Shown: positions 8,204-18,410, counted from the first letter of the stretch. The stretch: DNA of 38,954 bases from an archaeon (GCA_027077325.1 JALTGF010000019.1:1-38954), one strand, 5' to 3'. Numbers and translations are program-made. The notes: generated by a model from the letters alone, not told the origin.

Positions 8204-9880
8204 ATGAAATATTCAGAAATAGTAAAACTTTACTCGGCCTTAGAAGCCACAACAAAGAAACTTGAAAAACGAGATATTCTAAGCAACTTTTTAAAAGAGG
8301 TTCCAGTGGATTTATTGCCAACTGTTGTCATTCTTTCAATGGGTCGAGTTTTTCCTGCATGGAAAGAAACAGAACTTGGGATTGCTGAGAATATTATGAT
8401 TAAGACAATTTCAAAAATTACTGGGATCTCTGAAACCAAGGTAAAAGAACAAGTTAGAAAAGCTGGGGATATGGGGATTGCAGTTAAAAATTTATTGGGG
8501 AAAAAATCACAAACCACATTGTTTAAAAAAGAATTAACCGTTGAGAAGGTATTTAAAAATTTAAATAAGATTCCAACCGTTGCTGGTTCTGGTTCTATCG
8601 ACAAAAAGATTGCACTTCTTTCAGAACTCTTAACTTCTGCAACTCCGGAGGAAGGAAAATACATAACGAGAACTGTTTTAGAGGAACTTAGAATTGGTGT
8701 TGGAGAAGGCATTGTTAGAGATGCAATTGCAAAAGCATTTAACGTGCCGCCAGATGTTGTAGAAACTGCGTACAGCGTTAGGAACGACTTTGGGGAAATT
8801 GCTCAAATTGCAAAAGAGAAAGGAGTTGAAGGGCTTAAAAAACTTGACCTAAAACTTGGAAGACCAATAAAGCCAATGCTTGCCCAGAAAGTCCAAACAA
8901 TAGAGGAAGGTCTTAAAGATATGGGAGGAATTGCTGCCTTTGAATATAAATACGATGGCATGCGCGCGCAAATTCATTTTGACCATGGCAAGGTTACGGT
9001 TTTCACTCGCCGGCTGGACAATGTGACAAAACAATTCCCAGAGATTGTAGAGTATGCAAAAGAGTGCATAGATGCAGAAAACTGTATAATTGAAGGAGAA
9101 GCAGTTGGCATTGACCCAAAAACAGGAAGGCCACAGCCATTCCAGCGACTTTCCCAAAGGATAAAGAGAAAGTATGGGATTAAGGAGATGATGAAAGAGA
9201 TACCTGTAGAGGTGAATCTTTTTGATATTATGTACTTGAACAATGAAAACTATGTTAAGAAACCATTTGAGGAAAGAAGAAAAACACTTGAAAGGATAAT
9301 TAAGGTGATTCCCAGAAAATTCCAGTTGGCTGTGCAGATAGTCAGTTCTGACCCAAAAGAAGTTTCTAAGTTTTACAAGAAATCGCTTTCCCTTGGACAC
9401 GAGGGCATAATGATAAAAAATTTAAAGAGCCCATACACGCCCGGCTCAAGAGTTAAACACATGTACAAGTTAAAGCCAGAAAAAGAAACTCTGGACTTAG
9501 TTATAATTGGGGCCATCTGGGGGGAAGGTCGCCGCTCCAAATGGCTTGGAAGCTTTATACTTGGCGCTCGCGATTCAGATACAAACCAGTTTGTTGAGGT
9601 TGGAAAGGTTGCAACTGGTCTCACAGACAAGAATCTAGAGGATTTGACAAACACATTAAAGCCACTGATAGTTGAAGAGCATATAAAAGAAGTAAAGTTA
9701 AAACCAGAACTCGTAGTCGAAGTTGGCTATGAAGAGATTCAAAAAAGCCCAACATACGAGAGTGGATTTGCGCTTAGATTTCCAAGAGTTCGGAGGATTA
9801 GAGACGATAAAGGACCTGAAGATGCAGATGATCTTGAGCGCATATCTATTTTATATGAAGCACAGAAAGGGAAGAAATAG
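8204..9880 (+). CDS. lig: ATP-dependent DNA ligase
   Basis: Adenylation motif EYKYDG, EGIMIK, KLK and ALRFPR; archaeal length of 558 aa. Confidence 0.97.
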   Translation: MKYSEIVKLYSALEATTKKLEKRDILSNFLKEVPVDLLPTVVILSMGRVFPAWKETELGIAENIMIKTISKITGISETKVKEQVRKAGDMGIAVKNLLGKKSQTTLFKKELTVEKVFKNLNKIPTVAGSGSIDKKIALLSELLTSATPEEGKYITRTVLEELRIGVGEGIVRDAIAKAFNVPPDVVETAYSVRNDFGEIAQIAKEKGVEGLKKLDLKLGRPIKPMLAQKVQTIEEGLKDMGGIAAFEYKYDGMRAQIHFDHGKVTVFTRRLDNVTKQFPEIVEYAKECIDAENCIIEGEAVGIDPKTGRPQPFQRLSQRIKRKYGIKEMMKEIPVEVNLFDIMYLNNENYVKKPFEERRKTLERIIKVIPRKFQLAVQIVSSDPKEVSKFYKKSLSLGHEGIMIKNLKSPYTPGSRVKHMYKLKPEKETLDLVIIGAIWGEGRRSKWLGSFILGARDSDTNQFVEVGKVATGLTDKNLEDLTNTLKPLIVEEHIKEVKLKPELVVEVGYEEIQKSPTYESGFALRFPRVRRIRDDKGPEDADDLERISILYEAQKGKK

Positions 9881-9970
9881 AGGATTAGATGTTATTACTG
9901 AAAAGGGATAACAAATATATACTACTTAATACAAGAAAATAGTAGAATTACGAGGATTTAGTAGGTAAGT

Positions 9971-10753
9971 ATGGGTAAGAAGGATATACTGAGCAATGAA
10001 GTTTTAGATTTGCTGGGGAGACTTGACTTAAATCAGTATGAGTCAAAGGTATATATGTCTTTACTTATTTCAGGGACTGCAACTGCAGGAGAGATTTCAG
10101 AGATTGCAAACGTTCCAAGATCGAGAGTTTATGATGTTTTAAATAGCTTAGAGAAGAAAGGTTTTGCAGTTGTTCAAGTGGGAAGGCCAGTCAAATATGT
10201 GGCAGTGCCGATTGAGAACTCTATAAAGCAACTCAAGATAAGATATGAGGATGAGTTTAACAAAAAACTTCAAAGCGTTGACAGTCTTGAGAAAAATCTT
10301 AGGTCAGTTTTTAATACATTTTCGAAAAACCAAGATTTCATAGAAAATGAAGCAATTCGTGTTATAAAAGGAAAGAGCAATTTATATGCACACATGAATA
10401 AATTAATTGAGAATTCAAACAACAAAATTTTAAAGATGACAAATTCATATGGTCTTTTAAACCTTGACAAACACTGCGGCAAGACTATTGAAAAGGCAAA
10501 GAAGCGCGGTGTTGAAACCAGAATTATAGCAAACATTAGCGAAAAACCAAAATTGAGAGTTCTTCACAAAGTTGCAAGTTTGAAAAAAGGGAATTTTGGA
10601 AATGGACGATTTATGATTTCAGACGGAAAGCATGCGATTATGTTAACAAGCCCGGATGATTCTGGGATATGGATCCACAGCCCATACCTTGCATCTTCAC
10701 TAGAGACATTATTTGAAACTGCATGGAATAAAAGCAAGCCAATTGAATTTTAA
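9971..10753 (+). CDS. TrmB-family transcriptional regulator
   Basis: N-terminal LNQYESKVY...VPRSRVYDVLNSLEKKG...GRPVKY winged helix, plus a C-terminal effector domain (KKRGVETRII, FETAW). Confidence 0.9.
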   Translation: MGKKDILSNEVLDLLGRLDLNQYESKVYMSLLISGTATAGEISEIANVPRSRVYDVLNSLEKKGFAVVQVGRPVKYVAVPIENSIKQLKIRYEDEFNKKLQSVDSLEKNLRSVFNTFSKNQDFIENEAIRVIKGKSNLYAHMNKLIENSNNKILKMTNSYGLLNLDKHCGKTIEKAKKRGVETRIIANISEKPKLRVLHKVASLKKGNFGNGRFMISDGKHAIMLTSPDDSGIWIHSPYLASSLETLFETAWNKSKPIEF

Positions 10754-10758
10754 TTTTT

Positions 10759-11673
10759 TTAAGAATTTAGAGGTGGCAAGCTGGTAGAACCCTTTAATTC
10801 TTGCCCAAGACCAATCCCAAGAGAATAAAAAGCGCCGTCCATAGTTTTTCCGAGAATATTGCTGAGGAGATTTCCTTTCTCTTCAGTGAGAGTTACGGTT
10901 TTTCTTTTCTTTAACCCAGAAAGATTTTGAGCAAGGGCAATTGCATCATCTTCTGTTCCGAGTTGATCAACCAAACCATAATTGAGGGCATCTTTTCCCA
11001 GACAAGGTCGACCATCTGCAATTTTTTCAACGGCTTCCTTTGAGAGCCCACGATTTTGTGCAACCTCTGTAACAAATTGGTCTTGAACTTGATTAATCAT
11101 ATTTTGCAGGATTTGTTGCTCATTTTTAGTAAGCGGCCTGTAAGGGCTTCCAATATCTTTATAAGGCCCAGATTTAATTGCAGTGTAATTTAGTCCGACT
11201 TTGTTTAAGAAAACGCTCCAATCGCCAACGAGGGTGTACGCACCAATATTGCAGGTTAGTGAAAGAGGGTGGGCAACAACCTTATCAGCACTCGACGCGA
11301 TCCAATAAGCTCCAGAAGTGCCCATATCACCAATCCAAGCAACAGTAGTTTTATTAATTGACTTTACTTTTGCGGCAATTTCATCACTTGCAACCGCAGA
11401 ACCGCCAGGAGAATTTATTTCCAAGACAATTGCCTTAATAGAAGGGTCATTTTCTGCCTTGTCAAGGAGCCCAATTATGGAACTCGGCTGGACCTGGGAT
11501 GTTGGGATGATAGTATCTTGGGAACTTATTGTCCCAGAAATCCGGATAATTGCTATTTTATTAGAGATAATTTGTTGTGGATAAGACAAACTAACACCTA
11601 CAACAATAATAACAAATACAAGCAATGCAGCAAGTATTACATACAATGTTTTTTTAGGTTTTGACTTTGCCAT
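10759..11673 (-). CDS. sppA: Signal peptide peptidase A (S49), membrane anchored
   Basis: INSPGGS, GTSGAYWIAS (catalytic Ser) and KSGPYKD; N-terminal TM. Likely start MAKSK at 11673 (track start 11694). Confidence 0.93.
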   Translation of the reverse strand: MAKSKPKKTLYVILAALLVFVIIVVGVSLSYPQQIISNKIAIIRISGTISSQDTIIPTSQVQPSSIIGLLDKAENDPSIKAIVLEINSPGGSAVASDEIAAKVKSINKTTVAWIGDMGTSGAYWIASSADKVVAHPLSLTCNIGAYTLVGDWSVFLNKVGLNYTAIKSGPYKDIGSPYRPLTKNEQQILQNMINQVQDQFVTEVAQNRGLSKEAVEKIADGRPCLGKDALNYGLVDQLGTEDDAIALAQNLSGLKKRKTVTLTEEKGNLLSNILGKTMDGAFYSLGIGLGQELKGSTSLPPLNS

Positions 11674-11762
11674 TCTCTTGAAAAGTAAATGCAAGATTGT
11701 TTAAATAACTTTTTATGGATTCCATAATTTTATATAAAATGAGCTTTACAGAAACATAAGTC

Positions 11763-13331
11763 ATGAGTAAAGATTACTTGAGGGAGATAATTGAAACCTG
11801 CTTAAAAAAAGAAGTGTCCCAAGAAGAACTTGAAAAACTTAAAATCAGGATTAGCAGAGAGTATAGTTTGAATAGAGTCCCAAGAAACTCTGAAATTTTA
11901 GAGGCGGCTTCAAAAGAAGAGAAGAAAATTTTAAAGCACATTTTATTAAAAAAGCCAACCCGTTCAATTTCAGGAGTGTCTGTTGTAGCAGTTATGCCAC
12001 CTCCAGCTCCATGTCCTCACGGGAAATGCTCCTACTGCCCGCAGGGTCCAAATGCCCCAAGAAGTTACACTGGAAAAGAGCCAGCAACAATGAGAGCAAT
12101 TAGAAACAATTATGATCCCTACTTGCAAGTAAAAAACCGACTTGCTCAATTAAAGGCAATTGGGCACCCAATTGAAAAAGTTGAGTTGATAGTTATGGGC
12201 GGGACATTCACAGCCCAACCAGCAGAAAAACAGGAGGCATTTGTCAAGGGATGCTTTGAGGCAATGGCAGGCAGAAGATTTGAAACTTTTGAAGAGGCGA
12301 AAAAAGCAGTTGAAAAAACAGAGATAAGGCCAGTCGGAATTACTTTTGAAACGCGACCGGACTGGGCAAAAGAGGAGCAAATAAATGAGATGCTCAAACT
12401 TGGAGTCACAAGAGTTGAAGTTGGCGTTCAAAATCCAGATGATAGTATTTACAAAGCAGTTGATCGAGGGCACACTGTAAAGGATGTTATAGAGTCAACA
12501 CAACTTTTGAAAGATTCCGGACTTAAAATAAACTACCACATGATGTTAGGCCTGCCAGGAAGTGATGACCAAAAAGACATAAAGGCATTTAAGAAAATTT
12601 TTGAAGACCCAAACTTTAGGCCAGATATGATTAAGATTTATCCAACACTTGTAATTAGAGGAACGAAACTTTATGAGCAGTGGAAACGCAGAGAGTATAA
12701 GCCAATTACATCAGAACACGCTGCTGATTTAATTGTTGAAATTAAGAAGTTTGTTCCGAGATGGGTAAGGATTATGAGAATCCAGAGAGACATACCTGCA
12801 AACCTAATTGATTCAGGAGTTAAGAGAAGCGACTTAAGAGAACTTGTCAGAGAGAAATTAGTGGAAAAAGGAGTTGAGTGCAAATGCATAAGATGTAGGG
12901 AAGTAGGACATGTGTTTAGAAAAAGGGGATTATTACCCAAAGACATAGAAATTAAAACAATAGAGTATGAGGCTTCAGGCGGGAAAGAATACTTCATAAG
13001 TGCAGAGGACTTTGAGCAAGACATTTTAATTGGGTATCTAAGGCTAAGAATACCATCAAAAAAAGTTTTCAGGCCAGAAATAGATGATTCAACTGCAATT
13101 ATAAGAGAGTTACACGTATATGGCCCAGAGGTTGCAATTGGAAAATCCGCAAGTTCATTAGAATTTCAGCACAGGGGGTATGGGAAGCAGTTACTAAAGA
13201 AAGCAGAAGAAATTGCTCTTAAAAATAAAAAGGATAAAATCCTGGTATTGAGTGGGATTGGAGCAAAAGAGTACTACAGAAGTTCAGGGTATACTAATGC
13301 TGGGGCCTATGTTGGTAAAATGCTAAAATAA
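11763..13331 (+). CDS. elp3: Elongator protein 3, tRNA wobble-uridine carboxymethyltransferase (radical SAM + GNAT)
   Basis: CPHGKCSYCP cluster motif, MGGTF, ETRPD, RELHVYG and QHRGYGK. Confidence 0.96.
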   Translation: MSKDYLREIIETCLKKEVSQEELEKLKIRISREYSLNRVPRNSEILEAASKEEKKILKHILLKKPTRSISGVSVVAVMPPPAPCPHGKCSYCPQGPNAPRSYTGKEPATMRAIRNNYDPYLQVKNRLAQLKAIGHPIEKVELIVMGGTFTAQPAEKQEAFVKGCFEAMAGRRFETFEEAKKAVEKTEIRPVGITFETRPDWAKEEQINEMLKLGVTRVEVGVQNPDDSIYKAVDRGHTVKDVIESTQLLKDSGLKINYHMMLGLPGSDDQKDIKAFKKIFEDPNFRPDMIKIYPTLVIRGTKLYEQWKRREYKPITSEHAADLIVEIKKFVPRWVRIMRIQRDIPANLIDSGVKRSDLRELVREKLVEKGVECKCIRCREVGHVFRKRGLLPKDIEIKTIEYEASGGKEYFISAEDFEQDILIGYLRLRIPSKKVFRPEIDDSTAIIRELHVYGPEVAIGKSASSLEFQHRGYGKQLLKKAEEIALKNKKDKILVLSGIGAKEYYRSSGYTNAGAYVGKMLK

Positions 13332-13390
13332 AAACAGAAAGCTTCGGCTAAATAATAAAGCATAAATAAGAGTTAACTCAATTAATTTGT

Positions 13391-13786
13391 GTGATAATTT
13401 TGAAAAGAAAAACTAAGCGGATTCAAAAAGTTTTTAAGGAACTGAAAAAGAATGAAGAGGAACTTGGCGAGTTTTGCATAAACAAAGTAGCAGATGCATT
13501 AAAAGAAAATGGATACAATGATGCAAAACTCTGGGCAACAAACATATTGGCAGCTATGGCGGGGGATTTTGACACAATTGAAGAGTCATCAGATTTGGAG
13601 GATTGGCTCATTGAGTTAGAAGGTCCAGAGAGAAGTGCAGTTGAGGCAATGTATGAGGTTCTTTCTGACTTGGAGGATTCTGTGAGAGATGCCCACCCAG
13701 AAGATGTGAAAGATGCACTTATATACTCAATTTTAAAAACAATTGACAACATTGAAAAAAACAAGTACAAGCGACTTTACGGTTAA
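13391..13786 (+). CDS. Acidic helical hypothetical protein
   Basis: 131-aa ORF filling the gap in a + strand run; no motif recognised. Confidence 0.7.
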   Translation: MIILKRKTKRIQKVFKELKKNEEELGEFCINKVADALKENGYNDAKLWATNILAAMAGDFDTIEESSDLEDWLIELEGPERSAVEAMYEVLSDLEDSVRDAHPEDVKDALIYSILKTIDNIEKNKYKRLYG

Positions 13787-13850
13787 ATAACATTGAAGAT
13801 AACTTGTTTTACAGTTAATATTATATATTAATTAGTTTAATGCCCCTAAA

Positions 13851-14372
13851 ATGAGAGGCAAAACCCATAGCGCTTTTGGAATTGCACTTGCATTGATTTT
13901 GATTAGGTTAAATGCCCTTCCCCCAATTGGCATAAACCCTGGACATGGATTTCTTACATTTGTATTTATTGGAACATTATTGCCTGACCTAGACCATAAT
14001 GATTCAACAATTGGAAAACGATTTCCAATTATCTCATGGCTAACTGAGAAAATTCTCGGACATCGTGGGCTTTACCATAGCTTTTTTGGGTTGTTCTTTA
14101 CAACCCTTTTATTTTATTTATTTTTTAAAACATTAAGCATTGGCAGCTGGAGGATGCTTACATTTGCAGTAGGCCTAGGATTTGTAAGCCATCTGATGAC
14201 AGATTCAATGACAATACATGGGGTAAAATGGCTCCCACCATTTAAAGAATTTCACATAAAAGGACCGATAAGAACAGGAAGCACAATTGAGAGCATTATT
14301 TTTATATCGCTAATCTTGATAATTGGCGCATTACTTAGTGATTTTGGGTTTTCAATTTTAGGAGTAATCTAA
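13851..14372 (+). CDS. Membrane metal-dependent hydrolase (YdjM-like)
   Basis: MRGKTH, LLPDLDH, GHRGLYHS and SHLMTDSMT motifs. Confidence 0.9.
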   Translation: MRGKTHSAFGIALALILIRLNALPPIGINPGHGFLTFVFIGTLLPDLDHNDSTIGKRFPIISWLTEKILGHRGLYHSFFGLFFTTLLFYLFFKTLSIGSWRMLTFAVGLGFVSHLMTDSMTIHGVKWLPPFKEFHIKGPIRTGSTIESIIFISLILIIGALLSDFGFSILGVI

Positions 14373-15035
14373 CTAAAAATTTAGATTTTTAATTAAATTT
14401 TCTCGGGCTATTTTAAGTGGCTCAGGCACAAATGATTTCATGCATTGCCTTGTGATTTTAACTGAAGTTTCAAGAGTTATTTTATGACCAGGGCTTACAT
14501 AGAGCGGCATTGAGCCAGCTGATTTTTTTACAACCTGCGCAACTAAAGAATCGCCCTCAAAAACCAGTTCCTTGCCACCAATATTTTTTATCTTTCCTGC
14601 AAGCATATCTTTAGAAACTGCAATTGTACTAATGTCTAGGGCAAGACCAACATGGGAGGCAATACCAAATTTCCTAGGGTGGTTTATGCCGTGCCCATCT
14701 ATCATTAAAATGTCCGGCAAGTCAAAATCTTTAAGAATGTCACAGACCACTTTTCCTTCCCTAAAACCCTCAAAACTAGGGACTGCAGGAAAACTTGTTT
14801 TCTCAGAGATTATTTTTGAATCTTTCAACTTAAAAGTTTTAAGCCCAGGATCAACCTCAAAAAGATACACGCTTGCGTTTATTAGGTCATTGCGCGAGTA
14901 AAAAACAGCCCCGGCTATTGTTTTTATTTCGGCAGGGAACAAATCCTTTAAGACAATTTGCTCCGCAAATTTTTTTTGCAGTTCAGCTGCTTCAGTTATT
15001 GTAATCCCCGAAGGGAAGTAATTTTGGTCTTCCAT
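14373..15035 (-). CDS. nfi: Endonuclease V homolog with degenerate active site
   Basis: FRE, IDGHGINHPRKFGIASHVG, PLYVSPGHKI and PEP are present, but the first catalytic Asp and the PYIP wedge are altered. Confidence 0.85.
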   Translation of the reverse strand: MEDQNYFPSGITITEAAELQKKFAEQIVLKDLFPAEIKTIAGAVFYSRNDLINASVYLFEVDPGLKTFKLKDSKIISEKTSFPAVPSFEGFREGKVVCDILKDFDLPDILMIDGHGINHPRKFGIASHVGLALDISTIAVSKDMLAGKIKNIGGKELVFEGDSLVAQVVKKSAGSMPLYVSPGHKITLETSVKITRQCMKSFVPEPLKIARENLIKNLNF

Positions 15036-15040
15036 TATAT

Positions 15041-15652
15041 TTAGATAGGTGGCTTGGTATGCTTGCTTACCTCTGCCCTTATGTCAAGAAGCTCAACCCG
15101 CGTGTTTTGGCATATGTCCCGTATGTCTTCAATAAGCGTTTCAAGCGCCTTTACAACCTGATTAGCCGCACGAGCCTTTATCATTGCTTTTTGACTTGAC
15201 TGATGTGAAAGGATGGTTAGGATCCAATTTTTGATAGAGGTCTTCTTTTTTTCTATATTAGAATATGCAGTTATAACCGTATCGATTTGACTCAAACTTG
15301 AATCAATGAATATTTTAAGTTTTTTGTAACAGTCCTGCTGGTTATTGTGAAATTCTCCAAGAAAATCAACAAGTGCAGAATCCCCTTTGTAACTATTCCT
15401 GATTATTTGAAATTTCTTTGCAAGTTTTCTTAATTCTGAGTTTAAATTTTCAATATCTGGCTTTAATTTTGAAACAGACCCCAACTCGGACTGCCCCACC
15501 AACGAAATCATTTTGTCAATCCTTGATTTTGAACCTGATGAAAGGTAAAGGATTTCAGACGCGCGCATTTTATCTAAGAAAGAAGATGCAGAATTGACAA
15601 GTCTTAAAATGTTATCTAGGTACTGTCTTTCAGACCCAAGGGCAAAGTCCAT
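15041..15652 (-). CDS. Alpha-helical / coiled-coil hypothetical protein
   Basis: 203-aa ORF with heptad-like amphipathic pattern. Confidence 0.75.
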   Translation of the reverse strand: MDFALGSERQYLDNILRLVNSASSFLDKMRASEILYLSSGSKSRIDKMISLVGQSELGSVSKLKPDIENLNSELRKLAKKFQIIRNSYKGDSALVDFLGEFHNNQQDCYKKLKIFIDSSLSQIDTVITAYSNIEKKKTSIKNWILTILSHQSSQKAMIKARAANQVVKALETLIEDIRDICQNTRVELLDIRAEVSKHTKPPI

Positions 15653-15734
15653 ATTTTTACATATAGTTTTTAAGAATAAATACTTTATTTAGGCGATAGA
15701 AAGAGATTTAAGTTAAGAAATTAATAAGAAAGAT

Positions 15735-16370
15735 ATGGAAGAAGAGTTCGAAGAGATTGGATCTCCTGGAAGAGAAGACAAAGAGGTTATTGAAGAATTA
15801 GAAAAATATGTTGAAGAGGAGATTGAAGACATCGAAGCAATAGAAGATAGGGTTGCTCACGAAATTGCGATTCATCACAGAGACCTGCATACTTCAATCA
15901 AGACTGGCATAAAAAAACTCGAGAATGGACTTGAAAAGATAAAAGTTTTAGAGAGAAGCGATATTCCACAAGAAGAAGCAGTAAAGGTTTATAGCGAGAT
16001 TTTTGAGGATATTAGAAAGGTTGATGAAGAATTTACCATCACTATACTTACAACAATTGCAATTCTAAGATATGTTGCACAGTATTATCTCATTAGGAAG
16101 AAACTCAGTGAGTACTTTGAAAAAGTTGGAGAAAGTTTAGGGGAAGAAACTGCAAGAATTCGAGAAGTCGATGCAAGAATTAAGCAACAAGTAGATAGCA
16201 TAGTCATTCCATTAGCAAAAGCAACTCACAGTCACATACCTCCGGGCGCACTTATAAAAGCAGCACAGGCATTAGAGAGTATCCTTAAAGAAGAAGGCGT
16301 AAATTCATGGGTAACCAGGCGCCGTGCTGGGCTAAAGAAAACTGCCGCTAAGGAAGAGAGAATTGCCTAG
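15735..16370 (+). CDS. Glu-rich coiled-coil hypothetical protein
   Basis: 211-aa ORF with an acidic N-terminus and basic C-terminal tail. Confidence 0.8.
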   Translation: MEEEFEEIGSPGREDKEVIEELEKYVEEEIEDIEAIEDRVAHEIAIHHRDLHTSIKTGIKKLENGLEKIKVLERSDIPQEEAVKVYSEIFEDIRKVDEEFTITILTTIAILRYVAQYYLIRKKLSEYFEKVGESLGEETARIREVDARIKQQVDSIVIPLAKATHSHIPPGALIKAAQALESILKEEGVNSWVTRRRAGLKKTAAKEERIA

Positions 16371-16401
16371 ATTTTTACAAAATAGGGGATGTCCTCAATT
16401 T

Positions 16402-17631
16402 TTATTGCGACTTTGCCTTTTTTGCTCCCTCAATTAATTCTTTGTAGAAGTCAACCTTAACTAAGTCGTCAAAGTCATCTGAAAGCCTTCCTCCACGGAG
16501 CCTAGTCATAACTTTTGCCTCTCCAAAGACAGTCATTATAAGTTCGGTTATCCCTAGTTTCATAATTAATGCAGCAAAGTAAAGCCTTAGCAAAGTTGTA
16601 AACAATGGGCTTTCAAGAATTAAATCGTCAATGTCTTTATCATCCTCTACGGCCTGGGCAATTATCTGCATTAAAGCGCTTTGAATTCCAACTAGATTGA
16701 ACGTGTTTTCTATCCCAAGCATACTTGAAAGTTCTATAAAGTCCTTGTTTTCTAAAACATCAGGATTTCCTTTCTTGGATAGGTATTTAGTGACAACATC
16801 GATCACTCCTTTTCCTTCTTCAACCCATACGTGACCATAAGTTCCTGCCGCATCAAGTATCTGTTGCTTCTTTCTGGTCATTTCAACATATGAGAAAGCT
16901 GCAGCGGCTGCTCTCTCCAAGAATGCCAGTAATTTTTGAGCAGAGCCCTTTGTGCCTGCGACATTTTTTTGAGTTTCTTTAAATCTTGCTTCAATTGCTT
17001 CTCTAAGTTTTTTAACTCCTGCTTCAACCTCAATTTTTCGCCCGGTTATGTTTTTGTAAATTCTGGCAAATTTTTCCCATTCGACCATATCTTCGTATTC
17101 ATCTTGAAGCCGTGAAATGTGATAACCAGTTGCAAAACCACGCTCTCCGAGAGTTGCTAGCAGTTGCTCTACAACTGCAAGTTCACCAATATACTCACTA
17201 AAGTAAAGCCTTACTAGTGTTATGAATACAGGATCTGCAAAGAGTTCTTTTCCCTCCCTTATATTTTCAGAAACATAAAGCACAATTGCATTTTCAAGAT
17301 TAACCAAATTGAAAATACCTTTTTTATCGCGTCCAAATTCACCAACTAATTCTGCTATTCTTGAGTCAGGCAAGATACCGCCTGAAACTGACTTAATTTT
17401 TTCTAAGAGTTTTTCTGCATCCTCTAGATATACCTTATTGCTGCCAAACAAAACCTTTCTTTTAATTGGCTCTTCTGGAACAACATAAGGTGAATCTACC
17501 TTAAAACTAGGAACTGACAGAGAAAGCATTGCTTTAGGACTAAGTTTTCCCTTAGCAACTGCGGGTATCCTTTCTAGGATAATATCCTCAATTTTGTTTG
17601 AAGTAAGCTTTAATGTTGGTAATTCTGGCAT
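16402..17631 (-). CDS. Hypothetical protein with an internally duplicated helical domain
   Basis: Two copies of FNLV...P-x-F-x-TL-x-RLYF...GE...RL-x-D; SD GGAGG upstream. Confidence 0.85.
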   Translation of the reverse strand: MPELPTLKLTSNKIEDIILERIPAVAKGKLSPKAMLSLSVPSFKVDSPYVVPEEPIKRKVLFGSNKVYLEDAEKLLEKIKSVSGGILPDSRIAELVGEFGRDKKGIFNLVNLENAIVLYVSENIREGKELFADPVFITLVRLYFSEYIGELAVVEQLLATLGERGFATGYHISRLQDEYEDMVEWEKFARIYKNITGRKIEVEAGVKKLREAIEARFKETQKNVAGTKGSAQKLLAFLERAAAAAFSYVEMTRKKQQILDAAGTYGHVWVEEGKGVIDVVTKYLSKKGNPDVLENKDFIELSSMLGIENTFNLVGIQSALMQIIAQAVEDDKDIDDLILESPLFTTLLRLYFAALIMKLGITELIMTVFGEAKVMTRLRGGRLSDDFDDLVKVDFYKELIEGAKKAKSQ

Positions 17632-17677
17632 TTTAATCCCTCCGATATTATTTTAGTGAATTAATAAGTATTTAACC

Positions 17678-17929
17678 TTATCCCCAGCTAAACACTTTCT
17701 TCCAAATATAAACTGCAATTGCCGGCAGCACTATGAACACAATAGCAGGCCATCCACATTGCGTTACCATGCATGTAAAACTATTTACAAATTGCATTGC
17801 AAGGCTCGGCTTTTGCTGAGTTTGCGCCTCTTGTGGCCTTGCTGCAGATGCATAAGTTGAGATAATTAGGAATAGGAAAACTATGGTTAATGCCAAGACT
17901 TTTTTTGAGTCGTATCTTGTTGTTCTCAT
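17678..17929 (-). CDS. Small protein with signal-peptide-like N-terminus and C-terminal TM
   Basis: 83 aa: hydrophobic N-terminus ending AYASAA-like, a CxxxxC, and a C-terminal TM. Its start overlaps the upstream stop by 4 nt. Confidence 0.7.
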   Translation of the reverse strand: MRTTRYDSKKVLALTIVFLFLIISTYASAARPQEAQTQQKPSLAMQFVNSFTCMVTQCGWPAIVFIVLPAIAVYIWKKVFSWG

Positions 17930-18294
17930 TTTTCTACTTTTATGCTTTCTCCAATTATTATCAGGCCAATTCCAACGGCAAGCAGTACAAGGATTCCAAA
18001 CCAGGATTCATAGACTTCCAGGAACTGGAGCAAAATCCAGATTATTCCAACAGTAAGCGAAAACGCCCCGCCAATGGACAGCGCGTTCCACACCATTAGA
18101 TACCTTGACTTTTCAGATTCCCCGATTAGATACTCGCCAACAAGCACAAAGATTATACCCAAAACAATGAGCAATCCTGCGCCATATAGCTCAACTCCAA
18201 TGCTCATGCTGGCATACAAAAGCCCGAAGATTATTCCAACAAGTGTAATAAACCAGCCTGAAAATTCAAACACTTTCCAAACATGTCTTCTCAT
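17926..18294 (-). CDS. 4-TM membrane protein made of a duplicated 2-TM hairpin
   Basis: VWKVF...LVGII...VGE is repeated as VWNAL...TVGII...IGE. Likely ATG start at 18294 (track GTG 18315). Confidence 0.75.
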   Translation of the reverse strand: MRRHVWKVFEFSGWFITLVGIIFGLLYASMSIGVELYGAGLLIVLGIIFVLVGEYLIGESEKSRYLMVWNALSIGGAFSLTVGIIWILLQFLEVYESWFGILVLLAVGIGLIIIGESIKVEK

Positions 18295-18410
18295 ATTGTT
18301 AGGATGAATTTGCACTTTTATATATTTTTCTAAACGGCAGAAGCTGCAGTTTAGGTATTAGTTTTCAAATCAAAAAAGATATTTAAAGAATAACCACAAA
18401 TAGACGCAAA

